From contig JAKAVK010000022.1 in NCBI GenBank assembly GCA_021817325.1, positions 1,077 through 65,076 of the forward strand: 64,000 nt of DNA, written 5' to 3'. Shown here piece after piece: positions 53,605-62,448 of this stretch (position 1 is the first letter of the stretch; the number at the start of each line of letters is the position of its first letter). Origin of the DNA: Candidatus Micrarchaeota archaeon (GTDB lineage Archaea; Micrarchaeota; Micrarchaeia; Micrarchaeales; CABMGC01). Made by a program: the position numbers and the translations under genes. The notes under the pieces are model-generated. The model was not told where the DNA came from and ran no database searches. It saw nothing but the letters and a program-made list of their open reading frames with translations.

Positions 53605-54936
53605 TCAGCGTGCGCGCTTGCGGTTCCTATTGGCGCTCTTGATCGCGTCCTCGAATAGGTTCAGCCCAGTCTCCAGGTTCGCATCGGATATTGTAAGTGG
53701 AGGTATTAGCCGGATACTCGAAGTGCCGCACGGGAGCAGCAGAAGCCCGTTGCTGAAACATTGTTCCAGTACCTTCTCCTGCTCCTCGACTGCAGGCTCT
53801 TTCGATCTCTTGTCCTTGACAAGCTCCACGCCGATCATCATTCCCAGGCCGCGTACATCGCCCACGATCTCGTAGTCTTCCATCATCTGTTTCAGGCGCT
53901 TCATCATTCGCTTGCCCTTTCTGTAAGCAGCCGCCTGGAGCTCCCCGTAATTCTTCCTCACGTAGCCAAGCTGCGCATCCGCGCCGGCCACGGCTGCAAG
54001 GTTCCCGCCGAAAGTGTTGGCGTGTGAGCCGGATGGTATGTTGCCCAAAGATGACCTGGTTACGGTAACGCCCATCGGCAGGCCGGCGCCTACAGCCTTG
54101 GCCATTGTATAGATGTCCGCCTCAACTTTGAAATGGTCCATTGCCAGGAACGTGCCTGTTCTCATGTACCCTGCCTGCACCTCGTCTGATACCATTAATA
54201 TGCCGTTGTCCGATGCTATTTCACGTATGCCCTGTATGAACTCCTTTGGAGGCACTATGTAGCCGCCCTCCCCGGCCACAGGCTCCACGAATATCGCTGC
54301 AACCTCGCTGGGAGGGACCTCTTTTGCCAATGGATACTTCTTTATGTAGTCAACACATGCCATCCCGCAGGATGGATACTCCTGATTGAATGGACAGCGG
54401 TAGCAGTACGCATATGGCGCGTGCACGACGGCATTGAACGGGCCGAAGTGCTCGCGCTGCACGTTCTTTGAAGCTGTCAGGCTCAGGGAGCCCAGGGTCC
54501 TGCCGTGGAACCCGTTATAGAACCCCATCATGTACTGCCTCTTGGTGAATATCTTCGAGAACTTTATTGCAGCTTCGTTTGCCTCAGCCCCCGAATTGGA
54601 GAAGAAGACCCGCCCGAATCCTTTTGGAAACATCTTGACCAGATTTTCAGCGAATACCACTGGCAGTTCTGAATAATAATCGGTGAAAGCCGCATGCATC
54701 AGATTACCTACTTGTGATCTGATTGCGTCCCTCACGAGCTTGCTCGCATTCTCGCCGAAATTGTATACAGATATGAATGTGGCAAAGTCTATGAAGCGGT
54801 TACCCTCGATGTCGTAAGTATAATCGCCCTCTGCTTTGTGAGACACGAATGGATAATGCTCCCTCGTGGTTGTCAGCATTACCTTCCTGTCTCTTGCTAT
54901 TATATCCCTGGTCCTATCGGTTATCTTGATCCGCAT
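53605..54936 (-). CDS. class-III PLP aminotransferase (GABA/acetylornithine aminotransferase-like)
   Basis: Trimmed from the track start 55008 to ATG 54936. 'FSNSGAEANEAAIK', 'LMVSDEVQAGYMRTG' and 'IYTMAKAVGAGLPMG' (PLP lysine). Confidence 0.8.
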   Translation of the reverse strand: MRIKITDRTRDIIARDRKVMLTTTREHYPFVSHKAEGDYTYDIEGNRFIDFATFISVYNFGENASKLVRDAIRSQVGNLMHAAFTDYYSELPVVFAENLVKMFPKGFGRVFFSNSGAEANEAAIKFSKIFTKRQYMMGFYNGFHGRTLGSLSLTASKNVQREHFGPFNAVVHAPYAYCYRCPFNQEYPSCGMACVDYIKKYPLAKEVPPSEVAAIFVEPVAGEGGYIVPPKEFIQGIREIASDNGILMVSDEVQAGYMRTGTFLAMDHFKVEADIYTMAKAVGAGLPMGVTVTRSSLGNIPSGSHANTFGGNLAAVAGADAQLGYVRKNYGELQAAAYRKGKRMMKRLKQMMEDYEIVGDVRGLGMMIGVELVKDKRSKEPAVEEQEKVLEQCFSNGLLLLPCGTSSIRLIPPLTISDANLETGLNLFEDAIKSANRNRKRAR

Positions 54937-55013
54937 GCAATAACCGATATTGATCGGAACGACAAAGATAAGAATGCGAGCCCTTCCTCCCTTACACCAG
55001 GATGCCACGGCGC

Positions 55014-55685
55014 CTATCTCCGCAGTAATGGATCTAATCCGGCCAAAAGTTCGGTTAGCGAGTCGTAGATGAAATCAGGCGCTTCGCGGGCCAGGCGCTC
55101 CTTCACGTGATAGCCGGTTGTAACTGCTGCTGATCTCGCCCCCGCACGTCTTGCTGCGAGTATGTCATAGGTCATGTCTCCAACATATACTGTGGACCCT
55201 GGTTCTCTGCGGTTCTCGGCGCACGCCGACCTTATGGCCTCTCCCTTGTCCTTTACGCTGCCGGTTAATCCCCTAAAACAGCCGCTTATGCCGTATTCCG
55301 CGGCTTCTGCGACAAGATGCTTTCTTGGATGGCTGCTGATTACCACTATCTGAACGGCTTCGGCCAGTCTATCCAGAATCTTCTTGGCGTCTGGATATGC
55401 AACTGGGCTGATACCCTCTTCCCTGACCTTTGCAAGAATTGCACTGTACTCCTCGTATATCGCTGCCCTGTTCCCAGTTACGCCATTGGCTGCGAGAAAC
55501 TCTGCAGGGCCAGGCTGCGTTATTGGAAGCCATTCGTCAAATTTGAGCCTTGGTATGCCCCGTGATTCTAGAATCCGCATATTGGCTTCGTATACGGGAC
55601 GCCTATCGTCGCTAATTACCCCGCTCCAGTCTATCGCCACAAGCTCTATACGGCGTCTGCCAGCGATCCGGCTCTTATACAGCAT
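55014..55685 (-). CDS. HAD-superfamily hydrolase (phosphoglycolate phosphatase-like)
   Basis: Motif I is 'LVAIDWSGVI' (DxS variant), with 'VVISSHPR' and 'VYVGDMTYDILAARRAG'. Confidence 0.68.
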   Translation of the reverse strand: MLYKSRIAGRRRIELVAIDWSGVISDDRRPVYEANMRILESRGIPRLKFDEWLPITQPGPAEFLAANGVTGNRAAIYEEYSAILAKVREEGISPVAYPDAKKILDRLAEAVQIVVISSHPRKHLVAEAAEYGISGCFRGLTGSVKDKGEAIRSACAENRREPGSTVYVGDMTYDILAARRAGARSAAVTTGYHVKERLAREAPDFIYDSLTELLAGLDPLLRR

Positions 55686-55695
55686 GCGACCTAGC

Positions 55696-55935
55696 TCACT
55701 GCTTGATCCTTGCCTGCTCTATCTCAAGCGCCCTGGCAAGCTGCTCCTTGTTATCAGGGTCGACCATCTCGGAGAGGAACTCAAGGTGCTTTATGTTGCA
55801 CTTCCTCTCCTTGAATCTTGCCGAAGTCCTTACACTAACCGTATTCCCATCCAGTATCTTCGTTATGACAGCCTTCTTGCCCGCATCCCTTCCGTATTTC
55901 TTTATGCACACTCTCCCTACTTCTACCAAAGCCAT
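55696..55935 (-). CDS. rpl14e: 50S ribosomal protein L14e
   Basis: 'VEVGRVCIKKYGRDAGKKAVITKILD' is KOW-like L14e. It lies next to cmk and L34e, as in many archaea. Confidence 0.8.
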   Translation of the reverse strand: MALVEVGRVCIKKYGRDAGKKAVITKILDGNTVSVRTSARFKERKCNIKHLEFLSEMVDPDNKEQLARALEIEQARIKQ

Positions 55936-55952
55936 AGTATCAGTCCATCGTC

Positions 55953-56522
55953 TTAGTTGTTTATCAGACCTATTTCCTTCATCTTATTTAGTATCCTCTC
56001 CGCGACCTCCTCGGCAGGTATCGAATCCGTATCGATTATGAGGTCGAATGGGACAGTATCCCTGCCCAGCTCGAAATTGTAGAGCTTCTTGTACAGCGCG
56101 TAGTTCTCCTTGTCCCTTATCCTTGCAGTCTTTATTGTCTCGGTTATTCCGGTGTTGTCGCGCTTGGCCATCCTCTGCGCCCTGTTCTTTACATTCGCAT
56201 TGAGCCATATCTTGAACCCGTCCTTTGCTATCCACGGTGCGGTGTAGCTCGTAACCACCACATTGCCTGCCTCTATCTTCTTTATCAGCCTTGCATCGGC
56301 TTCTTTGTCGAATTCCGAATTCGTCTCCCTCTCCCTCATGAACCTTATCCCGTCATCAGTATCCCACCAATCATCTCCTCCTGGAGTATAGCCCCTGTCC
56401 TTGGCCATCTCCTTGAGTATGTCGCCTCCGCCTATGACACTGAGGCCCAGCTTGTTGGCCAGCAATTTTGCTACTGTTGTCTTCCCTGCGGCTGGCATAC
56501 CGGATATGACTATGGCTTTCAT
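55953..56522 (-). CDS. cmk: cytidylate kinase (archaeal type)
   Basis: The P-loop is 'ISGMPAAGKTTVAKLLA', with 'GGDILKEMA', and the length is 189 aa. Confidence 0.8.
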   Translation of the reverse strand: MKAIVISGMPAAGKTTVAKLLANKLGLSVIGGGDILKEMAKDRGYTPGGDDWWDTDDGIRFMRERETNSEFDKEADARLIKKIEAGNVVVTSYTAPWIAKDGFKIWLNANVKNRAQRMAKRDNTGITETIKTARIRDKENYALYKKLYNFELGRDTVPFDLIIDTDSIPAEEVAERILNKMKEIGLINN

Positions 56523-56547
56523 GTGATCAGTTGGTTGGATGGCAGGT

Positions 56548-56883
56548 TCAGTGGGAGATCATCTGCAGGATGTAATTCCTCTGCACTATTCCTATGTCGT
56601 TGAGCTTCATCTCTCCCTGTTCTATCCTGCTCGCCAGTTTTATTACGTTGGCCGAGCATTTCGAGCAGAGAACTCCTCCGAACATGCGTGCGTTTGAATT
56701 TATCGTCCTGCCCTTGGCGTTCCTCTTTGCAGGTATGCCATTGAGCTCGGCCCTGCAGATCGCGCAGTGGGGCTTTGAGCCTGGCTTTCTCTCGAAGTGG
56801 AGGACATGCCTGCCCTTTGGAGTGACCCTGTCAGTTCTCCTGAAACTCTTGGATCTATGCATGGGTCTTGGCAAAATTAACAC
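56548..56883 (-). CDS. rpl34e: 50S ribosomal protein L34e
   Basis: 'RSKSFRRTDRVTPKGRHVLHFERKPGSKPHCAICRAELNG'. GTG 56883 in the track; TTG 56874 with GGTG 8 nt upstream would give MPRPMHRS. Confidence 0.8.
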   Translation of the reverse strand: MLILPRPMHRSKSFRRTDRVTPKGRHVLHFERKPGSKPHCAICRAELNGIPAKRNAKGRTINSNARMFGGVLCSKCSANVIKLASRIEQGEMKLNDIGIVQRNYILQMISH

Positions 56884-56994
56884 CTTGTATATCTAGGGTT
56901 AGTAGATGTATATACTTAGCATGGTGGCATTTATATTGGTTATTGTTATGGTCCCGTATTCCATAGAAATTGGAAGGAATGCATAAAAAGCAAC

Positions 56995-57705
56995 ATGGCG
57001 ACAATATCGAATATGGGTGTTGAGGGGCGGATAATAGTAACTGAAATTTCTACAAAACCACACTTGCCCCTCTCCTTTCTGTTCGACGATGCCCGTTCAC
57101 GGAGCCAGGCGGCGCACGATAGGACAGATGAGGAGCTCTTTGCAGACCTCCTAAGGCGCAAGACCGTATCAGTGACAACGGCCATAAAGGGCCCCTACGA
57201 GAAGGCCTCTAAAGAAGCATTTATAGAGCTGGATATACGGGCGGTATACGAACTGCACCAGTTCAAGATGGAGAGTAATGGTACGACAACAGTGTATCTG
57301 CCTGATTTCCTCACAAACCTTGTCTACAACGGCAAGCAGGTGATCTTCGAGCCTCACACTGGCGGCGAGTACGCTGATAGCAAATTCTGCAGGCGAGTAA
57401 GGAAGATGCGCGAGATGCACGGTGAGCGAATCTACATAATAGCGCTCAGATATCCCTCGCCGCGGGCTTACGAGCATACTGCGCCGCGGCATGGCGAGGA
57501 ATATGCGGATGAGATATGGACCATGCCGATGATACTGCAGTCTGGCACCAAGGCCGAGATAAAGAGAAGCTCTAACACCTGGAAGAAGCTCTTCAAGTCC
57601 AGGATAAGGGAGTTCTCATCCAGGGGGGCCGTACTGGTAAGAGACCCGGAAGAGATCGCAAGGCTGGAAAGCACTCTTTTCGAGATGCTAAGAAAAGCAA
57701 GCTGA
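56995..57705 (+). CDS. hypothetical protein with PD-(D/E)XK-nuclease-like motif (weak)
   Basis: Track ORF. 'TVYLPDFLTNLVYNGKQVIFEPHTG' resembles the Y.PDF...(E.K) cores of restriction-endonuclease-fold proteins, with H in the K position. Confidence 0.4.
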   Translation: MATISNMGVEGRIIVTEISTKPHLPLSFLFDDARSRSQAAHDRTDEELFADLLRRKTVSVTTAIKGPYEKASKEAFIELDIRAVYELHQFKMESNGTTTVYLPDFLTNLVYNGKQVIFEPHTGGEYADSKFCRRVRKMREMHGERIYIIALRYPSPRAYEHTAPRHGEEYADEIWTMPMILQSGTKAEIKRSSNTWKKLFKSRIREFSSRGAVLVRDPEEIARLESTLFEMLRKAS

Positions 57706-58509
57706 CTATATCTTTATCTCTCCTGACTTGACCTTGGCCTCGAACCGGGCCTTGTCCCTCTTCCCCAGCATCATCTGCACAGTAAGGCTCAGGACAAATG
57801 TTACCAGTATGAAGAACAGGCTGTCCTGGAACGTATTGTAGTGTATCTTATACACGAACAGGTTGTAGACAGGCTTGGTGGTGGCGTTTATCTGCATTGA
57901 GCTGTTTGCCTGCGTGCCTGATCTGATGGCTATCGCATCGCTATATGCATCGCTGTTGAGGTCATACGCCTTTGCGGAGTAGTTGCCCTGCGGCAACGTT
58001 CCTGCAAACGTGTCCGTCGCCGTGCCTTCGGATACCACGTTGCCTGAGCCGTACTTGCCGCCACTCAGCCATACGCCAACAGTATTGTTCGTGCCTGCTG
58101 GTGCGCTTGCGGTTAGCGTGACGGTCTGGTTTGGCGCCGGGTTTGTAGGAGATGCAGTGAGCATTGGCACAGGAAACAGGTTCGGAAGTATAAAGAAATA
58201 CAGAAGCAGTGAGATGACGAAGAGCACAGGCGTGGCCCGCATCTGGTGCTTCATGCTCTCAGACATTGTGGCGGAGAGCTCCTTTTGCTTTGCATTTATG
58301 TGGTCCTGGGGAGCCTTGCTCTCGGTTAGCTGCTTGATGTCGTCCATGTGCTTCTTCATCTTCGCCTGCAGGTGATATGTCTTCTCTACATTAGCTATGC
58401 GCCTCTGCACCAGTATTGATACGGCTATGTCGACAATCGATATTAGTATAAGTTCTATATATATCAGGTACAACAAGTGCTCATCTGCCTTTTTGTTTTT
58501 CTCTAACAT
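57706..58509 (-). CDS. DUF106 / EMC3-TMCO1-like (archaeal YidC-like) membrane protein with inserted ectodomain
   Basis: An N-terminal TM segment precedes the coiled region 'HLQAKMKKHMDDIKQLTESKAPQDHINAKQKELSATMSESMKHQMRATPVLFVISLL'. It occupies the conserved position downstream of adk. An extra ~110-aa Thr/Asn/Gly-rich segment ('TASPTNPAPNQTVTLTASAPAG...') is present. Confidence 0.6.
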   Translation of the reverse strand: MLEKNKKADEHLLYLIYIELILISIVDIAVSILVQRRIANVEKTYHLQAKMKKHMDDIKQLTESKAPQDHINAKQKELSATMSESMKHQMRATPVLFVISLLLYFFILPNLFPVPMLTASPTNPAPNQTVTLTASAPAGTNNTVGVWLSGGKYGSGNVVSEGTATDTFAGTLPQGNYSAKAYDLNSDAYSDAIAIRSGTQANSSMQINATTKPVYNLFVYKIHYNTFQDSLFFILVTFVLSLTVQMMLGKRDKARFEAKVKSGEIKI

Positions 58510-59095
58510 CGAAGTGCTCTTCCAGGATCTTGCCTATCTCTGTTGACGCCTCTTCCACCTTGCCATCTGCATTGTATATGATGTATATCGGTATGCTCAG
58601 GTATATTGAGCATGATGAGAGGATGGCCAGGTTTATGCTGCGCTGTTCCTCTATCTCGCCGGTTGTGTCGTTTATGTTCCGCCTGTGCTGCTTCTCTGGA
58701 TCCTTGTGCCTCCTCTTCCAGATCTCTTCTGCCGTGGCGTCGACATATATTATCGCCTTTATCCTTATCTTCTCAAGCTCTGCAAGCGTCACCCCTGGCA
58801 CGTACCTCCTGCCGTATTTTATGGTCAGGTGCGTGTCTATTATTGCGTCTGTCTTTCCCTCTATTATCTTCTTGAACGCCAATTCTCTCTGTATCAGGAT
58901 GTCATCGTTGGTCAGCATGCCCAGCTTCTCCCTGTCGGTTATCCCGAACCTCTCTCTTGCTATGTCGAGAAGCACGTCGCCCAGGTTGACTATCTTGAAG
59001 TCACCCTTGAACTTTCGTGCTGTTGTCTCGAGCAGCGTTGACTTGCCGGCACCAGGTGTGCCTACAAATAGTACTAGCTTTGTCATAGAACGCAC
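58481..59095 (-). CDS. adkA: adenylate kinase, archaeal type
   Basis: The P-loop is 'LFVGTPGAGKSTLLE', with 'AIIDTHLTIKYGRRYVPG', and the protein is about 200 aa. It overlaps the downstream DUF106 gene by 29 nt. Confidence 0.78.
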   Translation of the reverse strand: MRSMTKLVLFVGTPGAGKSTLLETTARKFKGDFKIVNLGDVLLDIARERFGITDREKLGMLTNDDILIQRELAFKKIIEGKTDAIIDTHLTIKYGRRYVPGVTLAELEKIRIKAIIYVDATAEEIWKRRHKDPEKQHRRNINDTTGEIEEQRSINLAILSSCSIYLSIPIYIIYNADGKVEEASTEIGKILEEHFDVREKQKGR

Positions 59096-59136
59096 TACCT
59101 ATTTGGCTGCGCAGGCTTAAAATGCTTTGGCTGGAG

Positions 59137-60801
59137 TTACTCCCCTCCCATGCCGCCCATTCCGCCTGGAGGCATGCCTCCTGCGCCTGCAGGAGACTTG
59201 CCCTTGGAACTGATCATGTCGTCTATACGAAGTATCGATGCTGCAGCCTCTGTGGCGCTGGATATCGCCTGGGTCTTCACTTTTAGTGGCTCTATTATGC
59301 CTAGCTTGTCCATGTCGCTTATTGAGTTCTTGAAGACATCTACGCCGTAGACCTTTCCGTCCTTGCCCTTGTGCTTGCTCCTAAGCTGCACAAGCGTGTC
59401 TATAGGGTCCATTCCCGCGCTCTCTGCAAGAGTCTTGGGAACGACCTCGAGCGCGTCGGCAAAGGCCTGTATGGCGAGCTGCTCCCTGCCGCCCACGTCG
59501 GTGGCGTAGTCGCGAAGCTTCATCGCTATCTCGACCTCTGAGCTGCCCCCGCCGGTTACGTACTTGCTGTCCTCTATGGTACTCGTAAGTGCACCGATCA
59601 CGTCGGTGAGCGCCCTCTCCACTTCGTCAGCAGCCTGCTTTGTTCCCGCCCTGACGAATATTGTAACGCTCTTGGGATCCTTGCACTTCTCCACAAAGAC
59701 CATCTGCTCGCCAGCTATCTTGCGCTCATCAACCTGCCCTGCAAAACCCAAATCGCTCTCTGCGAGGTCGTCGAGGCTCGTGACCATCTTTGCGCCGGTG
59801 GCCTTTGCGAGCTTCTCTATATCGCTCTTCTTGACCCTTCTCACAGCTGCAATGCCAGCCTTTGCCAGGTAGTGCTGCGCTACGTCGTCTATTCCCTTCT
59901 GTATGAAGACTACGTTGGCCTTTGACTTGACTATCTTGTCGACCATATCCTTGAGCATCTTCTCCTCCTGGTTGAGGAACGCCTGCATCTGCTCAGGCGA
60001 GGTTATCTCTATCTTGGCGTCGACCTCAGTCTTTTCTATTTCAAGGGCGACATCAAGAAGCGCTATCTTTGCGTTCTTGATGGATTTTGGCATACCAGGA
60101 TGGGCCATCTCCTTGTCTATCAGCACGCCGTTGATGAACTGCGTGTCGTTGACGCTGCCGCCCTCCTTCTTCTCGACTTTTATGAAATCACGGTCTATGG
60201 TTATCTTGCCCTGCTCCCTGGTAGCTACCTGCTTTATCGCCTGCAGTGCAAGTTTTGTTAGGTATGTCTTTGTGCTCTCTCCGCCTATGTTCTTCGAGCC
60301 TATAGAGACCTCTGCTATATCCTGCAGCTTTGCGTCATCATCTATGTTTATCTCATTAGATGCCATCTTCAGAAGCGACCTGGTCTTCTCCTCGGCCATC
60401 TCATATCCCTTGATTATGGCAGCTGGAGGCACGCCTTGATCAAGCAGCGAGCCCGCGTTTCTCAATAGGTCCCCGGATATTATTACCGCAGTGGTTGTTC
60501 CGTCGCCGACCTCCTTGTCCTGAGTCTTTGCCACCTCTACAAGTATCTTCGCTATCGGGTGCTCCACATTCATCTCTTCGAGTATCGTTGCGCCGTCGTT
60601 GGTTATTACTAAGTCGCCAAGCTCGCTGACCAGCATCTTGTCCATGCCCTTAGGCCCCAGCGTTGTCCTTACAATGCTTGCTACTGCATATCCTACAGCG
60701 ATGTTGGTCCTTTGTGCCTCCCTGCCCATGAGTCTGTTCGCCCCTTCCGGGAGTATGAGATACTGTTGTCCGCCCAATTGATTTTCAGCCATATTATTCA
60801 C
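59137..60801 (-). CDS. ths: thermosome subunit (group II chaperonin)
   Basis: '[13 protein letters not shown]', '[12 protein letters not shown]', '[14 protein letters not shown]', '[10 protein letters not shown]' and a C-terminal GGM tail '[14 protein letters not shown]'. Confidence 0.95.
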   Translation of the reverse strand: MNNMAENQLGGQQYLILPEGANRLMGREAQRTNIAVGYAVASIVRTTLGPKGMDKMLVSELGDLVITNDGATILEEMNVEHPIAKILVEVAKTQDKEVGDGTTTAVIISGDLLRNAGSLLDQGVPPAAIIKGYEMAEEKTRSLLKMASNEINIDDDAKLQDIAEVSIGSKNIGGESTKTYLTKLALQAIKQVATREQGKITIDRDFIKVEKKEGGSVNDTQFINGVLIDKEMAHPGMPKSIKNAKIALLDVALEIEKTEVDAKIEITSPEQMQAFLNQEEKMLKDMVDKIVKSKANVVFIQKGIDDVAQHYLAKAGIAAVRRVKKSDIEKLAKATGAKMVTSLDDLAESDLGFAGQVDERKIAGEQMVFVEKCKDPKSVTIFVRAGTKQAADEVERALTDVIGALTSTIEDSKYVTGGGSSEVEIAMKLRDYATDVGGREQLAIQAFADALEVVPKTLAESAGMDPIDTLVQLRSKHKGKDGKVYGVDVFKNSISDMDKLGIIEPLKVKTQAISSATEAAASILRIDDMISSKGKSPAGAGGMPPGGMGGMGGE

Positions 60802-61021
60802 CTAAATAGGAAGTGCAGGTTAATGCGCATAAACATAGTTGTGTATTTTCACTATATTTATAATCATATATGGCATACAAAGATATTTATATATTTCTGG
60901 CAAAAGACCGTTTTGATGCCGGTGGGTGTATATACGGGAGCCTTGCATTCCTGCACTCCGGCACGTGGCACACCAGGAAGGCTATAAATGCTTCTATGAG
61001 TAAAGTCCTAATCGTGCGTGC

Positions 61022-61453
61022 ATGAAGACCGTAATTGCGTTTGGCTCATTTGACATACTGCACAGGGGCCATATACTTTATCTTGACGAGGCGAAGAGAT
61101 TAGGGGGTAGGCTTGTTGTTGTCATAGCCAGAGATGAGAGCGTGAGGATGTTCAAGGGTAAGAGGCCGTTCTTTGACGAGAGGACAAGGAGGTACATGGT
61201 CGGCTCTCTGAGGGTTGTAGACCAGGCTGTCCTTGGCGGGAAACTCTCGAAGCCCGCGGACATATACAGGATCTTCCTCAAGCACAGACCTGATATCATA
61301 GCGATAGGCTATGACCAACGCGTGAATGTTGCAGAGCTGAAGGAATGGCTTGCGGCCCACGGAATAGCGGCCAGAGTGGTCAGGATCAGGAAGAAGCTTA
61401 ACGAGGAGTTCTACAAGAGCTCTGCGATAAAGAGACGGATAGCTTCGCTCTGA
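61022..61453 (+). CDS. ribL: cytidylyltransferase-family nucleotidyltransferase, archaeal FAD synthase (RibL)-like
   Basis: 'AFGSFDILHRGHILYLDEAKRLG' is the (T/H)xGH motif. 143 aa. TATA-like GCTATAAATG lies 27-40 nt upstream. Confidence 0.7.
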   Translation: MKTVIAFGSFDILHRGHILYLDEAKRLGGRLVVVIARDESVRMFKGKRPFFDERTRRYMVGSLRVVDQAVLGGKLSKPADIYRIFLKHRPDIIAIGYDQRVNVAELKEWLAAHGIAARVVRIRKKLNEEFYKSSAIKRRIASL

Positions 61454-61502
61454 GCACTGGACCTGGCCCACACGGAAGGAATTACGACGTTGATATTGAT
61501 GC

Positions 61503-62354
61503 TCACTGGTTGTGAACTGCTATCTTGACTATGCCGCCGCCAAGAATATGCACGTTTATCCCGTGCGTCTTCTCGAGATACTTGGCTGCGGCCGCAGAAA
61601 CGCTTCCGTTGTAGCACACGAACACGCAGCCTCGCAGCGTCTCAAGAAGTCCCTTGTCGAGTTCGGTTATTGACCCTGGATTGAGCTTGATTATCTTGTC
61701 CGCATCCGTTCCAAGCGCATACTTTATGGTCCCCACCGGCTCCGTGCCCAGCCAGACGAACTTGGTGCCGCCGCCCTTCACCATGCTTGTTGCCTCGCCA
61801 AGGCTGAGTTCACTGACCTTTATGCCGTCATCGCCCTGAAGCTCAGGTGTAGAGGAGTATAGGCTATTGCGCTGGGCGCTAAGAAAGGATGCGGAATGCA
61901 GGTTTGCCTCCATCTCGTTCTTCCTGTGCCGTGCTGCATTGACCTCCCCGGCCATCGAGTCTATGAACTTGACCAGGTGTGTGGCATCCTTGTGCCAGAG
62001 CCCGTCCATCTCGCCCTCGTTCCGAGTCAGCGTCACGCCCGCCTCGAACTGGCCGCGCAGTCTTATCATCAGGGAGGAGAGAAACTTGCCCCTCACCTGA
62101 ACCACTGTAGTTATGTGCTCGTACAGTATGTAGTTGTAGTCTGCAGGCGAGATGAGATTGCGCCCGGCATACAGGCCCCAGAAAGTGTTGTGTATTATTA
62201 TTATCCTCTTGTCCGTAGCTATGAAAAAACAAGGTGTTATGCTGCTCAGCAGACTCTGCCGCTCAGCCTCCTTTATCTCCTCGCCCTTCTCAAGCAGGCT
62301 GCTTGCCTCCTCATATATCCTCGTCTTAAGAAATCCCATCCCACCACCATCCAA
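61503..62354 (-). CDS. bacterial-PH-like domain fused to rhodanese-like domain (paralog C)
   Basis: The N-terminal half 'CFFIATDKRIIIIHNTFWGLYAGRNLISPADYNYILYEHITTVVQVRGKFLSSLMIRLRG' looks like a bPH/YdbT-type domain. The C-terminal 'FVWLGTEPVGTIKYAL...CVFVCYNGSVSAAAAKYLEKTHGINVHILGGGI' is the third rhodanese-like paralog. Confidence 0.55.
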   Translation of the reverse strand: MDGGGMGFLKTRIYEEASSLLEKGEEIKEAERQSLLSSITPCFFIATDKRIIIIHNTFWGLYAGRNLISPADYNYILYEHITTVVQVRGKFLSSLMIRLRGQFEAGVTLTRNEGEMDGLWHKDATHLVKFIDSMAGEVNAARHRKNEMEANLHSASFLSAQRNSLYSSTPELQGDDGIKVSELSLGEATSMVKGGGTKFVWLGTEPVGTIKYALGTDADKIIKLNPGSITELDKGLLETLRGCVFVCYNGSVSAAAAKYLEKTHGINVHILGGGIVKIAVHNQ

Positions 62355-62448
62355 TCAACAATAAGCATTTGGCTTTTCTGATATATACGCCTTTCTCTGC
62401 GGAGACCGCGTTCCATAAAGAATTGCCTGCATGCACCTTGGCAGTCGG

